This document shows, piece after piece, positions 36,083-45,996 of a stretch of 56,086 nt of DNA. A program made the position numbers and the translations under genes. The notes under the pieces were generated by a model. It saw only the letters and a program-made list of their open reading frames with translations, did not search any database and was not told the DNA's origin. Every line of letters begins with the position of its first letter. Within the stretch, counting starts at the first letter, position 1. The DNA is from a virus (Duplodnaviria > Caudoviricetes), in IMG/VR virus record IMGVR_UViG_3300010396_000051, positions 1-56,086 of that record; one strand, written 5' to 3'.

Positions 36083-36291
36083 ACTCCGCACCGATCACTC
36101 ACGAATGGCTCACGCGAGCGCAAGCCGCGGAGAAGTTGCAAGTCACATCGCGCACGATCGATACCTACATCAAGGATGGAAGGCTGAAGGCTGCGAAGTT
36201 TGGCAAACCAGGTGGACGCGGAAACGTCCGCATCTCTGCCGCGAGTCTCAATGCACTGCTTGAGCCAGAACCTCTCGCACCTCGTCAATAG
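36079..36291 (+). CDS. Excisionase-like HTH_17 DNA-binding protein
   Basis: WLTRAQAAEKLQVTSRTIDTYIKDGRLKA..VRI. Confidence 0.8.
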   Translation: MNSAPITHEWLTRAQAAEKLQVTSRTIDTYIKDGRLKAAKFGKPGGRGNVRISAASLNALLEPEPLAPRQ

Positions 36292-36595
36292 CTTGCCCGG
36301 AGATGACCATCTCCGTCGAATATCGCAGGAGGCGGTAACCAAGCCGAGTCAGTGAATTGTACTTGGCAAGATCCGCGCTATAACCCGCCCCACGAACGTG
36401 GCGACCGCCCGACCACGTACCGCCTTCCACTTCTACGGCCAGATCCTTCCCGACTAGAAAATCCACTCTCCACTTCCGGGCAGGATCGAAGCGGAATTCC
36501 CGCGTGTAGGGCAGTTTGTGGATGCCAAGGTGGAGAGCTAATGTTTCCTCCCCTTCGGAGGCTACACGGGGCACTGTGGGCTTACGGCGTGGCAT
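36248..36595 (-). CDS. DUF559-like PD-(D/E)xK endonuclease
   Basis: EFRFDPARKWRVDF..AVEVEGG..GRH..D..KYN..GYRLLRY. Confidence 0.85.
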   Translation of the reverse strand: MPRRKPTVPRVASEGEETLALHLGIHKLPYTREFRFDPARKWRVDFLVGKDLAVEVEGGTWSGGRHVRGAGYSADLAKYNSLTRLGYRLLRYSTEMVISGQAIDEVREVLAQAVH

Positions 36596-36932
36596 TGTAG
36601 TTAATCCTCCGCGATCCCTTGAGGCGATTGCAGTGGCCATGTGCCGCTCCGTTGTAGGGCTTCCCGTCTTTTATAATCCTGTCGTCTCGATAAGACCCAT
36701 TAAATCCGCGGCCGTCCTGATGCTCAAACGTTGCTTCCGACGACGAAAGAGGCAACCCACACAGACAGCACTTCCCTTTTTGCCGCTCCAGCATCGCCAG
36801 GACTCGGAACTTATATTCCAGTTTACCGGCCTTGCACATCTTGTTGCAGACCTCCCGACCCCCACGGTATACATGAACAGTGACCGGATCGCGCTTAATA
36901 TCCTTTGGCTTTGGAAAGGCGTAGTCGCTCAA
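36582..36932 (-). CDS. HNH endonuclease
   Basis: QKGKCCLCG..ATFEH..N..AHGHCNRLKG; GAGGAG RBS with TTG start. Confidence 0.75.
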   Translation of the reverse strand: MSDYAFPKPKDIKRDPVTVHVYRGGREVCNKMCKAGKLEYKFRVLAMLERQKGKCCLCGLPLSSSEATFEHQDGRGFNGSYRDDRIIKDGKPYNGAAHGHCNRLKGSRRINYNATP

Positions 36933-37120
36933 TGCTTGCTCCTCGCCCCTATATTGCTGAAGACTCCGTGGATGCGGCATCCGCTGTCAGTGTAGATAAA
37001 ACCATCCAGAGGCTTGTGATCGTTTCGGCAGCAGCACACCGGTCCATGCTCCACCGTTACATTGACACTCACGCCGGATTCAGCGACAGCCTGCAACCAC
37101 TTTTCGTCAAGGTCGGTCAT
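36929..37120 (-). CDS. Hypothetical protein
   Basis: 4-nt overlaps with neighbours. Confidence 0.55.
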   Translation of the reverse strand: MTDLDEKWLQAVAESGVSVNVTVEHGPVCCCRNDHKPLDGFIYTDSGCRIHGVFSNIGARSKH

Positions 37121-37383
37121 ACGATCCCCACCAGGCTCATCATTTTGTCGATGTATTCCCGTGACTCAGGCTCCAGGTAAACCCGCTGGACCGGCTTCTT
37201 ATGTCTCGCCTTCCACTCTGCTTTGGTGAGGTTTCTGATCCCCTCAGTCTGCTGCCTGCGATTCACTACGCACCGCTGGCAAAGGTTCGTTCCGGGGTTT
37301 GGCTCATCAGCACAGTCCTGACACAGCCCTTCAGCCTTCAAACGCACCCGGCGCCGTTTCATGTACTCCGATGCGTAGCTCAT
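37117..37383 (-). CDS. Small Zn-finger protein
   Basis: GLCQDC...LCQRC. Confidence 0.6.
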   Translation of the reverse strand: MSYASEYMKRRRVRLKAEGLCQDCADEPNPGTNLCQRCVVNRRQQTEGIRNLTKAEWKARHKKPVQRVYLEPESREYIDKMMSLVGIV

Positions 37384-38030
37384 GCCGTTCTCTGACCCTC
37401 GTACTCTTCGTCGTGCTCTTGGATAAACTCAACCGCGATCGCTTCCAGTGCTTCCTCTCGCGTTTTGCAGTCAAATATGACTCTTGCCATCTCGATGGCC
37501 TGCTCGATCTTTGCCGACTGAGACTTTTCAGGATTCAGGTGTAAGGGCTTGGTTGTCTCGATGCACTGGTTTGGGTAGTTCACTTCGATGTACTGCCGGA
37601 AAACCTCTTCCTTGCCCCGTGCAGCCTCCAGAACTTCCGGCTCCTTGCGCACCGCGGAGGATAGCTTCTGCATGGTTATCAACACGCCGCGGCTCATTTG
37701 GATCTTGTCCGAGGCTGGCACGTCTGCAAGTTCCTTCCAGCGTCGTTTCGCGTCGAACCAGGTAGACCGGGAACGAGGACAGAACTTCTGGATCCACTCG
37801 TTCTGAGAGTCGCACCCTACATGCTTCCAGAGCTGGCGCTTCTCGATGTACTCAGAGAGCATCCCGATTTCAGCGAAGGTGCGCTCCCATGCCGTGTCGA
37901 TGAAACAGGCCCTCTCTGTGATGATCCTTGCCGCTTCCCCCTCGCGGAGGAGATCAAACTCAACAAGGTCAGTCGGACCGATAGGTTGCCAGTCCATCCA
38001 GTCCAAATTTGGACCACTTGCGGTCGTCAT
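37380..38030 (-). CDS. Helical putative DNA-binding protein (DUF3102-like pattern)
   Basis: FAEIGML..IEKRQLWK..SQNEWIQK..RSRSTWFDAK. Confidence 0.5.
   Translation of the reverse strand: MTTASGPNLDWMDWQPIGPTDLVEFDLLREGEAARIITERACFIDTAWERTFAEIGMLSEYIEKRQLWKHVGCDSQNEWIQKFCPRSRSTWFDAKRRWKELADVPASDKIQMSRGVLITMQKLSSAVRKEPEVLEAARGKEEVFRQYIEVNYPNQCIETTKPLHLNPEKSQSAKIEQAIEMARVIFDCKTREEALEAIAVEFIQEHDEEYEGQRTA
38001..38014. promoter_or_regulatory. Palindrome family B, copy 5, in first codons of a gene
   Basis: GTCCAAATTTGGAC. Confidence 0.75.
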
Positions 38031-39186
38031 AGATCTTTCTCCGTGATCCACGGAACATCGTGCGTGTTCGATTCGTAGGCCAGAATCCTCTTGAAGCACC
38101 CGTCTAGAATCCGCTGCATGTGGTTTGATTCCCCTTGGACGGCCATGATTTGAGCTATGGCAATACAAGACTTCCAATCTTCTTCATACTGCTCCTGGCG
38201 GTACTTCATGTGCCGCCGCATCAGGGAGAGCTCGACGGAGCGGTAGTACTCTTCGTCGCGCATATGACTGGTGATCAAAACTGAATCCCTCCCACGTCAG
38301 GGAAGGATTGATTCTCGGAGCATTCCTTGCGGGGATAGCGCGGACCAGCCAATCCCTTGTTGCGCCCGATGTAGCACTCGCATTTACACGCTGCCACCGG
38401 GCAAGCCCCGCGAGGATGGGAACCATTCCAGCAATCCTGGCACATCTCCACTCCAGTTACCGGGTCTTTCACGGTCGCCACTGGATCTCCATGACGATCC
38501 CTCGGCCAAACAAATCCGCCTGTATCAAACATCATCATCCCTCCGGCAAGTACATCCTGAGTAACTGATTCATCGTCCCTTCCGGGTTTGGCTCAAACAA
38601 CAGCCTATTAAAAAACTGCTTTGGAACCTGCTGGAGACGGTAGGACTCAACCTCTGTCTTCGAGTGGTGAATCTCCATCGTCAACAACCCATGTGGAACC
38701 CCGTCCACTGGCTTCCACCCCACTAAAAGCTGCCGGCAGTGCTTCGCCGGCCTAAGCGCAGTCAAATAACGCGGTCGCATTCACTTTCCTTATCTCCTCA
38801 ACCACAAACTGTCCTGGCGCCAGAGTCCCTTCGACCTTGACCGGCGTAAAGTCCCCAAAGAACGCATTGAAGAACACATCCCCCCACTCAGCCCTCAACC
38901 CATCCCAGAACGAAGCGCCCAGGGGCATCTCCGCTCCAGCACGGGCGGGTTCAGCAGGCATCGCAATCTTCTTTTTGATTTTCTTTGCGGGAGGTAGCAA
39001 GGCGCGTTCCACGACGGCATGAGCGTGCCACTCCTGATCGTCGTCCATAAATTTCAAGGCATCTACTTCTACGTGGAGTTCCTTTGCCAGCCACTTCCAA
39101 GAGCGGTCTACCGCCTCATGCCGGGAGTAGCCCTTGGCTTCGATGGCCTTGACAACCAAGGGCTCAAGCAATGCGCCAATGTTCAT
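38027..39186 (-). other. Four coupled hypothetical ORFs (38027-38278, 38275-38538, 38535-38780, 38752-39186)
   Basis: Contiguous overlapping ORFs in the leftward early operon. Confidence 0.6.
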
Positions 39187-40304
39187 GCGACTGGCTTCCC
39201 GTCTTTGTAGTCTTCGCCGCTAATGTTGAACACGTCGGTAACCTTGACGTACCCCCTCGCATCCACGTCGAACTCGAACAGGCATTTCTGATCGACGCAG
39301 TTCTTCAAAGCATCGAAGAGTTTCGTATCCCAGCAGGAAGCAAACGTAGCCTTACCGACCGGCGTAGGCACTTCGCCGTTCAGGGTCACGTGAATAAACG
39401 GCTTCCCTTTGTTGCTGCTGGTCTTCTCAAAGACCTCGACAGGAATACAACTCAGCCGATCGCCAACGATGGTAAAAAAATCCGAAGCGACTGGCGGCGG
39501 TGCGGGAGCCTGCTTCGCCTCCTCGACAGCAACGGATGCTTCGAGCCTTTGTACTAAGGACGGTCCTGCCACTGGAACTTGCTCGTCTTCTTTGCCCTTC
39601 GACAGCCATCCTGCGATGCTTTCCGCAATCTTCGGGTCTTGGAGGTCGATAGTCTTGTCGTTGAAGAGGCCGGTACGATCCTTCGAGACTTGCCCCATGT
39701 GATTGATGTTCAGGTCGAACACGAGGGTGAATTCGTAGTCGATCTGATCTCGCTGAATCGGAGCAAGGCCCATCTTTACCGGAACCTGCTTGCCCTTGTC
39801 GTTTGTCTGGAGCGCGTATTCCTGCTTCGAGCGCATCGTGGCGATGACGTGGATGGGAGCCTGAAGCATTACTTGCTTGAACGCCTCATGCTCTGGAGTG
39901 AACCGAGCCCAGAGCGTGTACCCGTTGACTCCAGGGTTCCGGCGCTCCATCTCTTCCTTGCGTCGGAGAATGCCGCCCTCACCGTCCCACTGCGCCGTGA
40001 TGGTGTCGATGATGAGCACGTCGTACTTTTCTCTGACTGCCTCATCAATGGCCCACACGTAGCGTTCTGTGGTGAATGGAGGACCGAGCGGGATCGTGTC
40101 GAAGTCGAACTGGTCAGCGTAGAGGCTGGCAGATTCGTTCTCTGTGTCGATCAGGCAAACTTTCGCATCCGGCCAGAGGTTCTTTGCAAGCGACAATGCT
40201 CCCCACGTCTTACCGGACCCAGACGGTCCCTGCACTGCCATCTTCAACTTGACTCTTTTCTTTTCAGCCTTGCGAGGCTTAGGTATAGCGGCAGATGTTG
40301 CCAT
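39183..40304 (-). CDS. Sak4-like (AAA_24) ATPase/ssDNA annealing protein
   Basis: GPSGSGKT Walker A; LIDTENES; VLIIDTIT; HVIATMRSK; YEFTLVF. Confidence 0.85.
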   Translation of the reverse strand: MATSAAIPKPRKAEKKRVKLKMAVQGPSGSGKTWGALSLAKNLWPDAKVCLIDTENESASLYADQFDFDTIPLGPPFTTERYVWAIDEAVREKYDVLIIDTITAQWDGEGGILRRKEEMERRNPGVNGYTLWARFTPEHEAFKQVMLQAPIHVIATMRSKQEYALQTNDKGKQVPVKMGLAPIQRDQIDYEFTLVFDLNINHMGQVSKDRTGLFNDKTIDLQDPKIAESIAGWLSKGKEDEQVPVAGPSLVQRLEASVAVEEAKQAPAPPPVASDFFTIVGDRLSCIPVEVFEKTSSNKGKPFIHVTLNGEVPTPVGKATFASCWDTKLFDALKNCVDQKCLFEFDVDARGYVKVTDVFNISGEDYKDGKPVA

Positions 40305-40313
40305 TAAATCCTC

Positions 40314-41051
40314 TCAGTTCTCAGGTGGTCCCCACGGCCAGCGGTCGAGGGAGTAAATCTTCTCAGCCTCTTCGGGGTAGAGGAAGCGCATCGCCTCTTC
40401 CATCGTCAGGTCGCCGTGATGAATCATGTCGAGCATCATGGCGCTCACTCGATGAGGTATGGTGCGTATCGGTGGAGGCTGATCCACATTGGCGTCCATC
40501 ATGTCGAGGTCGGAGTCCATCAGAGGCCCGATCCTTCCAGTGAAGACTCTTCTTCCAGCGTCAACAGGGGTTCGCAATCATAGACGGCAGGCACGGCGGG
40601 CTTGATGACCCTACAGGCGACGCTCCGAGGTGCAAGCGCCCAGATGCGAACAGCTTCCGATTCGTAATCTAGTTCGATCGATGGCGTCCCGCACCAATCT
40701 CTGTACGTCTTTTTGAATGGTCTCGGCATCAGTCGGGCGATAGCCAAAAACTCATCCTTCTCGTCGCTGCCAGCGGAGATCAGGGGCTTTTTAATCTCCG
40801 CTTCAGGTTCCCGGTCGAGCAAATCAGCCACCTTGCGGAGTTCCGCTGCGACTTCAGAGGCTTTTGGCATCGGCTTCCTCGAATCCCAGCGCCTTGAGTG
40901 CTGCGGTCAGTTCAAGAACTTCCTGTTTTGCCTTCTCCAGCGCCAGGACTGCTTTGGTCCGTTGTGCGAGGAGGTGTCTGGTTGCTACGACGATGTGCCG
41001 AGGCTGCTTCGCCTTCGGCTCCGCTTCCAAAATGAGCGTTTCTTGAGTCAT
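40314..41051 (-). other. Three small hypothetical early ORFs (40314-~40500, 40520-40870 as listed in the track, 40854-41051)
   Basis: Contiguous ORFs with RBS-like sequences. Confidence 0.55.
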
Positions 41052-41069
41052 GGGGTTCCTTCGTGGGCT

Positions 41070-41088
41070 AATTGCCAAGTTGACAATG
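41070..41088. promoter_or_regulatory. Palindrome family A, copy 6
   Basis: AATTGCCAAGTTGACAATG between leftward promoter and first gene. Confidence 0.8.
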
Positions 41089-41105
41089 GAAGTGATTCGG
41101 AGATG

Positions 41106-41134
41106 ACTATAGAAAACGCAGTGTCAATTGTCAA
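41106..41134 (-). promoter_or_regulatory. Leftward early sigma70-like promoter
   Basis: TTGACA-17 nt-TATAGT. Confidence 0.75.
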
Positions 41135-41149
41135 GACCGAATTTATCGT

Positions 41150-41178
41150 TTGACACGAGACGGATTATTCGTTACATT
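41150..41178 (+). promoter_or_regulatory. Rightward sigma70-like promoter (integrase operon)
   Basis: TTGACA-17 nt-TACATT. Confidence 0.7.
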
Positions 41179-41188
41179 TGCAGCCATT

Positions 41189-41335
41189 ATGGGTGCATTG
41201 AAAAGCATAAAATGCGCGAAAGGCCACCCGATGAGAGGTAAAAACCTCTACATCCGAGCCAATGGTACGCGGGAGTGTAAAGCCTGCTCTTTGGCGCGGA
41301 ATCGGAAGTGGCGCAAAAGGAGACTTGCGGCATGA
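41189..41335 (+). CDS. Small CxxGH...CxxC Zn-finger protein
   Basis: CAKGHPM..NLY..RECKAC. Confidence 0.7.
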   Translation: MGALKSIKCAKGHPMRGKNLYIRANGTRECKACSLARNRKWRKRRLAA

Positions 41336-41745
41336 GTCTCAGGTCGGACTGTTATCGCGAACTTCGCCACGCTCTTGCCGATGGCCGAGTTGTACGGACA
41401 GGCGTTTGCTCTTGCTGTGGATACGAGAGCGAGTCTAAAGACATCCACCCTCACCATCCGAACTACTATGAGCCGCTGAATATCATGTGGCTCTGTGTCG
41501 GATGTCACCAGAAGTGGCACCACGAGCACGGTCCAGCGGTCGGGGGTGATCTCTCAAGCCTCGCACTTAGGATCGAGCATTGGGGAACAACCGAGAAATT
41601 AGTCCGCTCATTCGTCGCAGAGCTATCCCGTCAAGTACGAGAGACGGGAAGGTTTATGGGAGAGAGTGGGATGGTAACAGCTTCACAGCAGTTGAAGCGC
41701 ATACTAGGATACCGCCGCATCGTGCAGTTCGAGCGGGTCCGTTAA
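41332..41745 (+). CDS. HNH-like protein
   Basis: CSCCG..HPHHPNYYEPLNIMWLCVGCHQKWH. Confidence 0.75.
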   Translation: MSLRSDCYRELRHALADGRVVRTGVCSCCGYESESKDIHPHHPNYYEPLNIMWLCVGCHQKWHHEHGPAVGGDLSSLALRIEHWGTTEKLVRSFVAELSRQVRETGRFMGESGMVTASQQLKRILGYRRIVQFERVR

Positions 41746-41762
41746 TTGCCAACTTGGCATGA
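41744..41762. promoter_or_regulatory. Palindrome family A, copy 7
   Basis: AATTGCCAACTTGGCATGA filling the gap between two ORFs. Confidence 0.75.
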
Positions 41763-42203
41763 AAGGCTGCATCGGAATGGAAACGCAAGAGCGCAAGCCG
41801 CCCAAGGAACCCCCTTACGCATATGTGAATCGCTTTTACGGTCTTGCCGTGAAGCCAGGTATGCGCGTGACCATGCCGGGACACCGTCCAACAGAGGAAG
41901 GCGTAGTCGTTCGCAAGCAGTCCTATGATCACTACGTTCACGTTCGCTTTTCGGGTCAGACCTTTGACGTTCCAGTGTATCCGCTGGAGTTGAAGTATGA
42001 GTAACTACCCGAGAGTTCTTGAGCGCGACAGGAACGGCAGGGAAACGCTGTGGGAGTGCTCTGATTGCGGAAAGCCCTTCACGAAGGGATGGGGATCGCG
42101 CTGTAACGCCTGTATCCTTGCCGCCGAGCGCCATGCTGAACTGATTGCCGCAGTGAAGGCTTTCAGGGATGGGGAAGAGTTTCATGGAGAGGGACGCTCA
42201 TGA
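41759..42203 (+). other. Two small hypothetical ORFs (41759-42004, 41997-42203)
   Basis: Coupled ORFs upstream of integrase. Confidence 0.6.
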
Positions 42204-43387
42204 ACGATCTGTCGAGACGTCGTTACCAGAGAGGATCGCTATCGAAAGATGGCTCCCGGTGGCGTGCAAGGTGGAGAGAGGATGTAATCGTCCCCGCTGG
42301 CATCCCTCCCCTCAAGGGGGACAAGCCACTCGGGAACGGAACCATCCTTCGCCGCGTCTCCCGCAACCGGGAGATAGGCTCGCTCAAAGAGTTCCCCACC
42401 AAACGGCTTGCTGAGCGGGAACTGGAGCGCATCCTTCAGGACATCAACCGGGAGGATTACAAGCCTGTCGTCTCCTCCACCTTCGAGTCATTCGCGGAGA
42501 AGTGGCAGAAGAACGTCATGGTTCACCACAAGCCCTCTACACAGCACGGAGAGCGGTCGGTGATCCAGAACCATCTCCTGCCTGCCTTCGGCCGCATGTC
42601 GTGGCGGGAAATCACGGCTGAGTGCCTTCAGGCGTGGGTGTCCAGACAGACTGACGCTCCCAACTCCGTCCGCAACCGCATCACGACGCTACGCGAGATG
42701 TGGGTATCAGCGAAGGCGTGGGGGTACACGACGCTGAATCCTTTCGAGGGACTGAAGCAGCCGAGCGTGGTCAAGGGTCATTCCTACTTCTTCTCCATCG
42801 AAGAGTCGCTGGCGATCCTGAATGAGTTGACCGGATGGCAGCACACCCTTGTGCGGATTCTCGTAGAGACGGGAATGCGACCTGGCGAAGCTGCCGGCCT
42901 GCGGACTCAGGACTTGGTTGGACGAGTGCTCAAAGTCTCGCAGTCAGTGTTTAATGGGAAGATCCAGACGCCGAAGACCACGAACGCTGTGCGGGAGTTC
43001 GCCATCTCTACCGAGCTTGCCGAGGAGATTGAACGGCTCACGCCGCGGAATGGCTTGCTGTTCACCACGTCCACCGGCCGTCCTATCTGCATGAAGAACT
43101 TCCTGAAGTGGACGCTCGATCCCGTACTCGACAAGTTGGGCATCAAGGCTAAGGCGAAGGCGATGGGATTGAAGTGCGGTTCCTACGCTTTCCGGCATGG
43201 CAACGTGACGGAGATGCGGCGCCGGGGAGTTCCGCTGAAGACGATTCAGAAGCGCGTTGGGCATTCAGCAGGGAGCGGAATCACAGACGAGTTCTACACT
43301 CACGCCGTCGATGCGGATGATATGGCAGCGGCGGATATGTGGGGAGAGTTGTTGAGGCCAACGGCAGAGGGAGAACCAATTCAGTGA
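42200..43387 (+). CDS. int: Tyrosine integrase
   Basis: ETGMRPGE (R), KT, YAFRH, VGH, FYTH (Y); N-terminal RRRYQRGSL arm-binding region. Confidence 0.93.
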   Translation: MNDLSRRRYQRGSLSKDGSRWRARWREDVIVPAGIPPLKGDKPLGNGTILRRVSRNREIGSLKEFPTKRLAERELERILQDINREDYKPVVSSTFESFAEKWQKNVMVHHKPSTQHGERSVIQNHLLPAFGRMSWREITAECLQAWVSRQTDAPNSVRNRITTLREMWVSAKAWGYTTLNPFEGLKQPSVVKGHSYFFSIEESLAILNELTGWQHTLVRILVETGMRPGEAAGLRTQDLVGRVLKVSQSVFNGKIQTPKTTNAVREFAISTELAEEIERLTPRNGLLFTTSTGRPICMKNFLKWTLDPVLDKLGIKAKAKAMGLKCGSYAFRHGNVTEMRRRGVPLKTIQKRVGHSAGSGITDEFYTHAVDADDMAAADMWGELLRPTAEGEPIQ

Positions 43388-43674
43388 GGGAGCGTAATCC
43401 TTCTTGCGCTTGCGGGTGCGGTAAAGAGGTGCGCTTCCCGTGGAATATGTTCATACATGGTCACTTTCAATCGTGGAACCCAGAGCACAGAGCCTTAGCT
43501 AAATCTAGAAAGGGATACCCCTATACCTACTCTGGGCGCGATTTAGTAAAGGGTCGCAGTCATATGACGCGATCTGATTTCCAAGAATTCGAATCCAAGA
43601 AACAGGAAGAGCGTAATTTTATGACAACTCGGAAGCTAATCAAAAAAATCAAACGGGAGATTTGCAAAAAATGA
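43384..43674 (+). CDS. CxCGCG-motif hypothetical protein
   Basis: CACGCGKEV...FIHGH; GTGA coupling to integrase stop. Confidence 0.55.
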   Translation: MRERNPSCACGCGKEVRFPWNMFIHGHFQSWNPEHRALAKSRKGYPYTYSGRDLVKGRSHMTRSDFQEFESKKQEERNFMTTRKLIKKIKREICKK

Positions 43675-43943
43675 GCGATGGACGCGAGCAGCCAACTTCG
43701 GCAATGGTTTCGAGTAGAGGCATCAAAACCTCCAAAGATTTCGTAGATTTCTTCGGTGCCCTGATGGATGACTTAGTTTCATCGCGCATTGACGCGGAAA
43801 CCGCGAAGGCTGCTTGTGGTGCTGGAGAGGTCATGCTTAAAGCGGTGAAGATGCAGCGCGAGTATAGTGCTTCAGAAGCATTGACGCTAAGCCCCGCTCC
43901 GAAACTCAAACAACTGCCGAAGAGCGAAGAGGAAGGAAAATAG
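43671..43943 (+). CDS. Hypothetical protein
   Basis: GGGAG RBS, ATGA overlap. Confidence 0.6.
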   Translation: MSDGREQPTSAMVSSRGIKTSKDFVDFFGALMDDLVSSRIDAETAKAACGAGEVMLKAVKMQREYSASEALTLSPAPKLKQLPKSEEEGK

Positions 43944-43948
43944 AACTT

Positions 43949-44138
43949 TGTACCACCAGATGTACCAAAATCCTGATGTCTCGTGGCAATGGATCGGAAG
44001 TCTAATATAATCTATAACTTACTTACGCTTCAAATTCACATTCTAGGCCTCAGTCACTCATCGTCTTTACAGACTCTAAACGACTTAACCTAATTGACAC
44101 GCCCAAACCTACCCTTTCTTTGTACCGCACCTGAACCA
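43949..44138. other. Putative attP region
   Basis: AT-rich non-coding gap; paired direct repeats TGTACCA (43949, 43961) and TGTACCG/TGAACCA (44121, 44132) resembling arm-type sites. Confidence 0.6.
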
Positions 44139-44241
44139 TTGCCTAACTAGTTGCAGCAGAGCACAGTGGGAAAATTGACATGACAAGACTCCCCGAAAGT
44201 GTCGTTCCCGGTTGCGTCATGGGATGTGTCGCAATGGTCAT

Positions 44242-45089
44242 TCAGTTTGCCGCCATGCTAGATGCTATATGGAGTGTGTGGTAGAGCCACCATGCGCCCA
44301 GCGGACTTGCTCCGATCGCCAGAATGACCGCAGCCTTGCCGAGCCTGTTCTTCTTGGGTTTGGGTCCACGGCGAGTCACAAAGCCCTCTGGGATGTCCTG
44401 CCGGCCAGTGTGAACCGATCCTGGGATGGCACGGGCCTGCATGACGTACCCCACGCCGGTCTGGAGCCATTCCCTGAGTTGTTCGGTGTTTCTGATCTTG
44501 GCTTGCTTCATAATGCGGAGAGTGGTGTTGAACCAGATGCGGAGAGCGAGATTCTTTTCAAGTGGTTCCGGCTTTGACTTCGACGTTCTTTCCTGACGTC
44601 TCTCCCTCAGCTTTGGTCTGATCTTCTTTTCGATGAACCCTTCAATCACCTTCGGGTCTTTGGTCTTCGGTATCTCAGACTTGAGCGCCGAGAACGCTCC
44701 GATGAGTTCCTTCATTCCTCCCCCGGCCGCACCGCGGAGCAGCATGGCGCCCTTCTCTGCCAGCGTCTTTGTGATCTGTTCCGAGTTCTCTTTGGGCAGG
44801 ATGGCCAGAAACTCTCTGAAATCGGCCTTGCGTCTCCATGCCGTCCTAAAGCCTTGCTTGAATACGGTCTGGGTGTAGTCGGTGATGTTCATTGGCTCCC
44901 CTTCTAGCTCCCTGTCTGCGTTTTCGAGCTCCACACACTGTCCTACGACTCCCAGCCCTTCCATGCTTTGAAACTGGAGCAGCCGCGAAGTGATCTCCAG
45001 CATCCGGTCCTGCTTCTCCCGACTCAATTCGTTCCAACCCGGAGTGTTCGGTAGCTCCGGAGAAAACGCTACAATCGACTTCTCTTTCA
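44242..45089 (-). CDS. Helical hypothetical protein, possible DNA-binding
   Basis: GGAGG RBS; ~282 aa; basic and hydrophobic C-terminus. Confidence 0.65.
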
Positions 45090-45224
45090 TTACAGCCAAC
45101 CCTCCCTTTCGTTATCAACCACAAGTAAGAAAGATATTGCCACTTTTGCCACTGTAGTTGCAATACCTAAATTGGGTACTTTTGCGAAAGTTGGTAAATT
45201 TGTTAAAAATTCCGTGTTCGTCAA

Positions 45225-45253
45225 TTGACATACGAAAGTGGCGGGAGCAGAAT
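45225..45253 (+). promoter_or_regulatory. Sigma70-like promoter
   Basis: TTGACA-17 nt-CAGAAT. Confidence 0.6.
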
Positions 45254-45298
45254 ACCCGTAGCAAATCCCCCGATACGGGCCAGAAAGGAATCGCGCCA

Positions 45299-45502
45299 GT
45301 GAAAGCTAAACCAGTGGCGGTTCAAAAATCTTCCTCAGTACGACTCACCCCAACCCAGTACGACAAACTCCACCAGCTTTCAGTGGCGACCAACAGCAGC
45401 ATCAATAAATGGGCGCAGAAGTGGGTCCAAAACGGGATCGACGACGAGTGGCAGGCCCGGATGGATGCAGCGGCAAAACTGGATAAAGCCCTGCGGTCGT
45501 AA
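45299..45502 (+). CDS. Putative ribbon-helix-helix regulator
   Basis: AAGGA RBS, GTG start; SSSVRLTPTQYDKLHQLSVATNSSINKW. Confidence 0.6.
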   Translation: MKAKPVAVQKSSSVRLTPTQYDKLHQLSVATNSSINKWAQKWVQNGIDDEWQARMDAAAKLDKALRS

Positions 45503-45519
45503 TTGCCAAGTTGGCAACT
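45501..45519. promoter_or_regulatory. Palindrome family A, copy 8
   Basis: AATTGCCAAGTTGGCAACT. Confidence 0.8.
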
Positions 45520-45520
45520 G

Positions 45521-45534
45521 GTCCGAATTTGGAC
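45521..45534. promoter_or_regulatory. Palindrome family B, copy 6, adjacent to family A site
   Basis: GTCCGAATTTGGAC. Confidence 0.8.
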
Positions 45535-45567
45535 CGACGACGCGGCATAACCAGGGAAGGAGCCAAG

Positions 45568-45996
45568 ATGGAGAGCGTGAAGGTAGAGAAGCGCGGAATT
45601 TCAATAGATGAAGCCATAGAAGAACTGCGCGAGATATTCAAAGAGTTGCAAGATAATCCCGATACTCACGATACATGGGATTGGCTCAATGCAGATTTCT
45701 ACGTCGAAGTGATGCATACGTGCTACCTCACAGAGCAACGCCGAGCGGAGGAAGCGGAAGAGAGCCACAAATACTTCGTGGAACTAGCCTCCAAGCATCG
45801 AGATGAGCTTGATGCGCAGGTCGCCGATCTAACCGCCCAGTTGCAGAGGGCGAGGGAAGCGCTGCAAGGGGTGAAGGATTTGATAGGCGATAGCCAGGGC
45901 GTGGCAGGCTTCCATCTAAACGGCGATATAGCCGAATGGGGCGAATTTGATGTAGTTAATCAGATCGACGCCGCTCTCACGGAGGTTCCGAAGTGA
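45568..45996 (+). CDS. Hypothetical coiled-coil protein
   Basis: AAGGAG RBS; C-terminal GVAGFHLNGDIAEW. Confidence 0.7.
   Translation: MESVKVEKRGISIDEAIEELREIFKELQDNPDTHDTWDWLNADFYVEVMHTCYLTEQRRAEEAEESHKYFVELASKHRDELDAQVADLTAQLQRAREALQGVKDLIGDSQGVAGFHLNGDIAEWGEFDVVNQIDAALTEVPK

Noticed and set aside
45137-45165. TTGCCACT direct repeats as further family A sites
   Set aside because: Half-site similarity only, not palindromic; may be a separate RHH operator but unsupported
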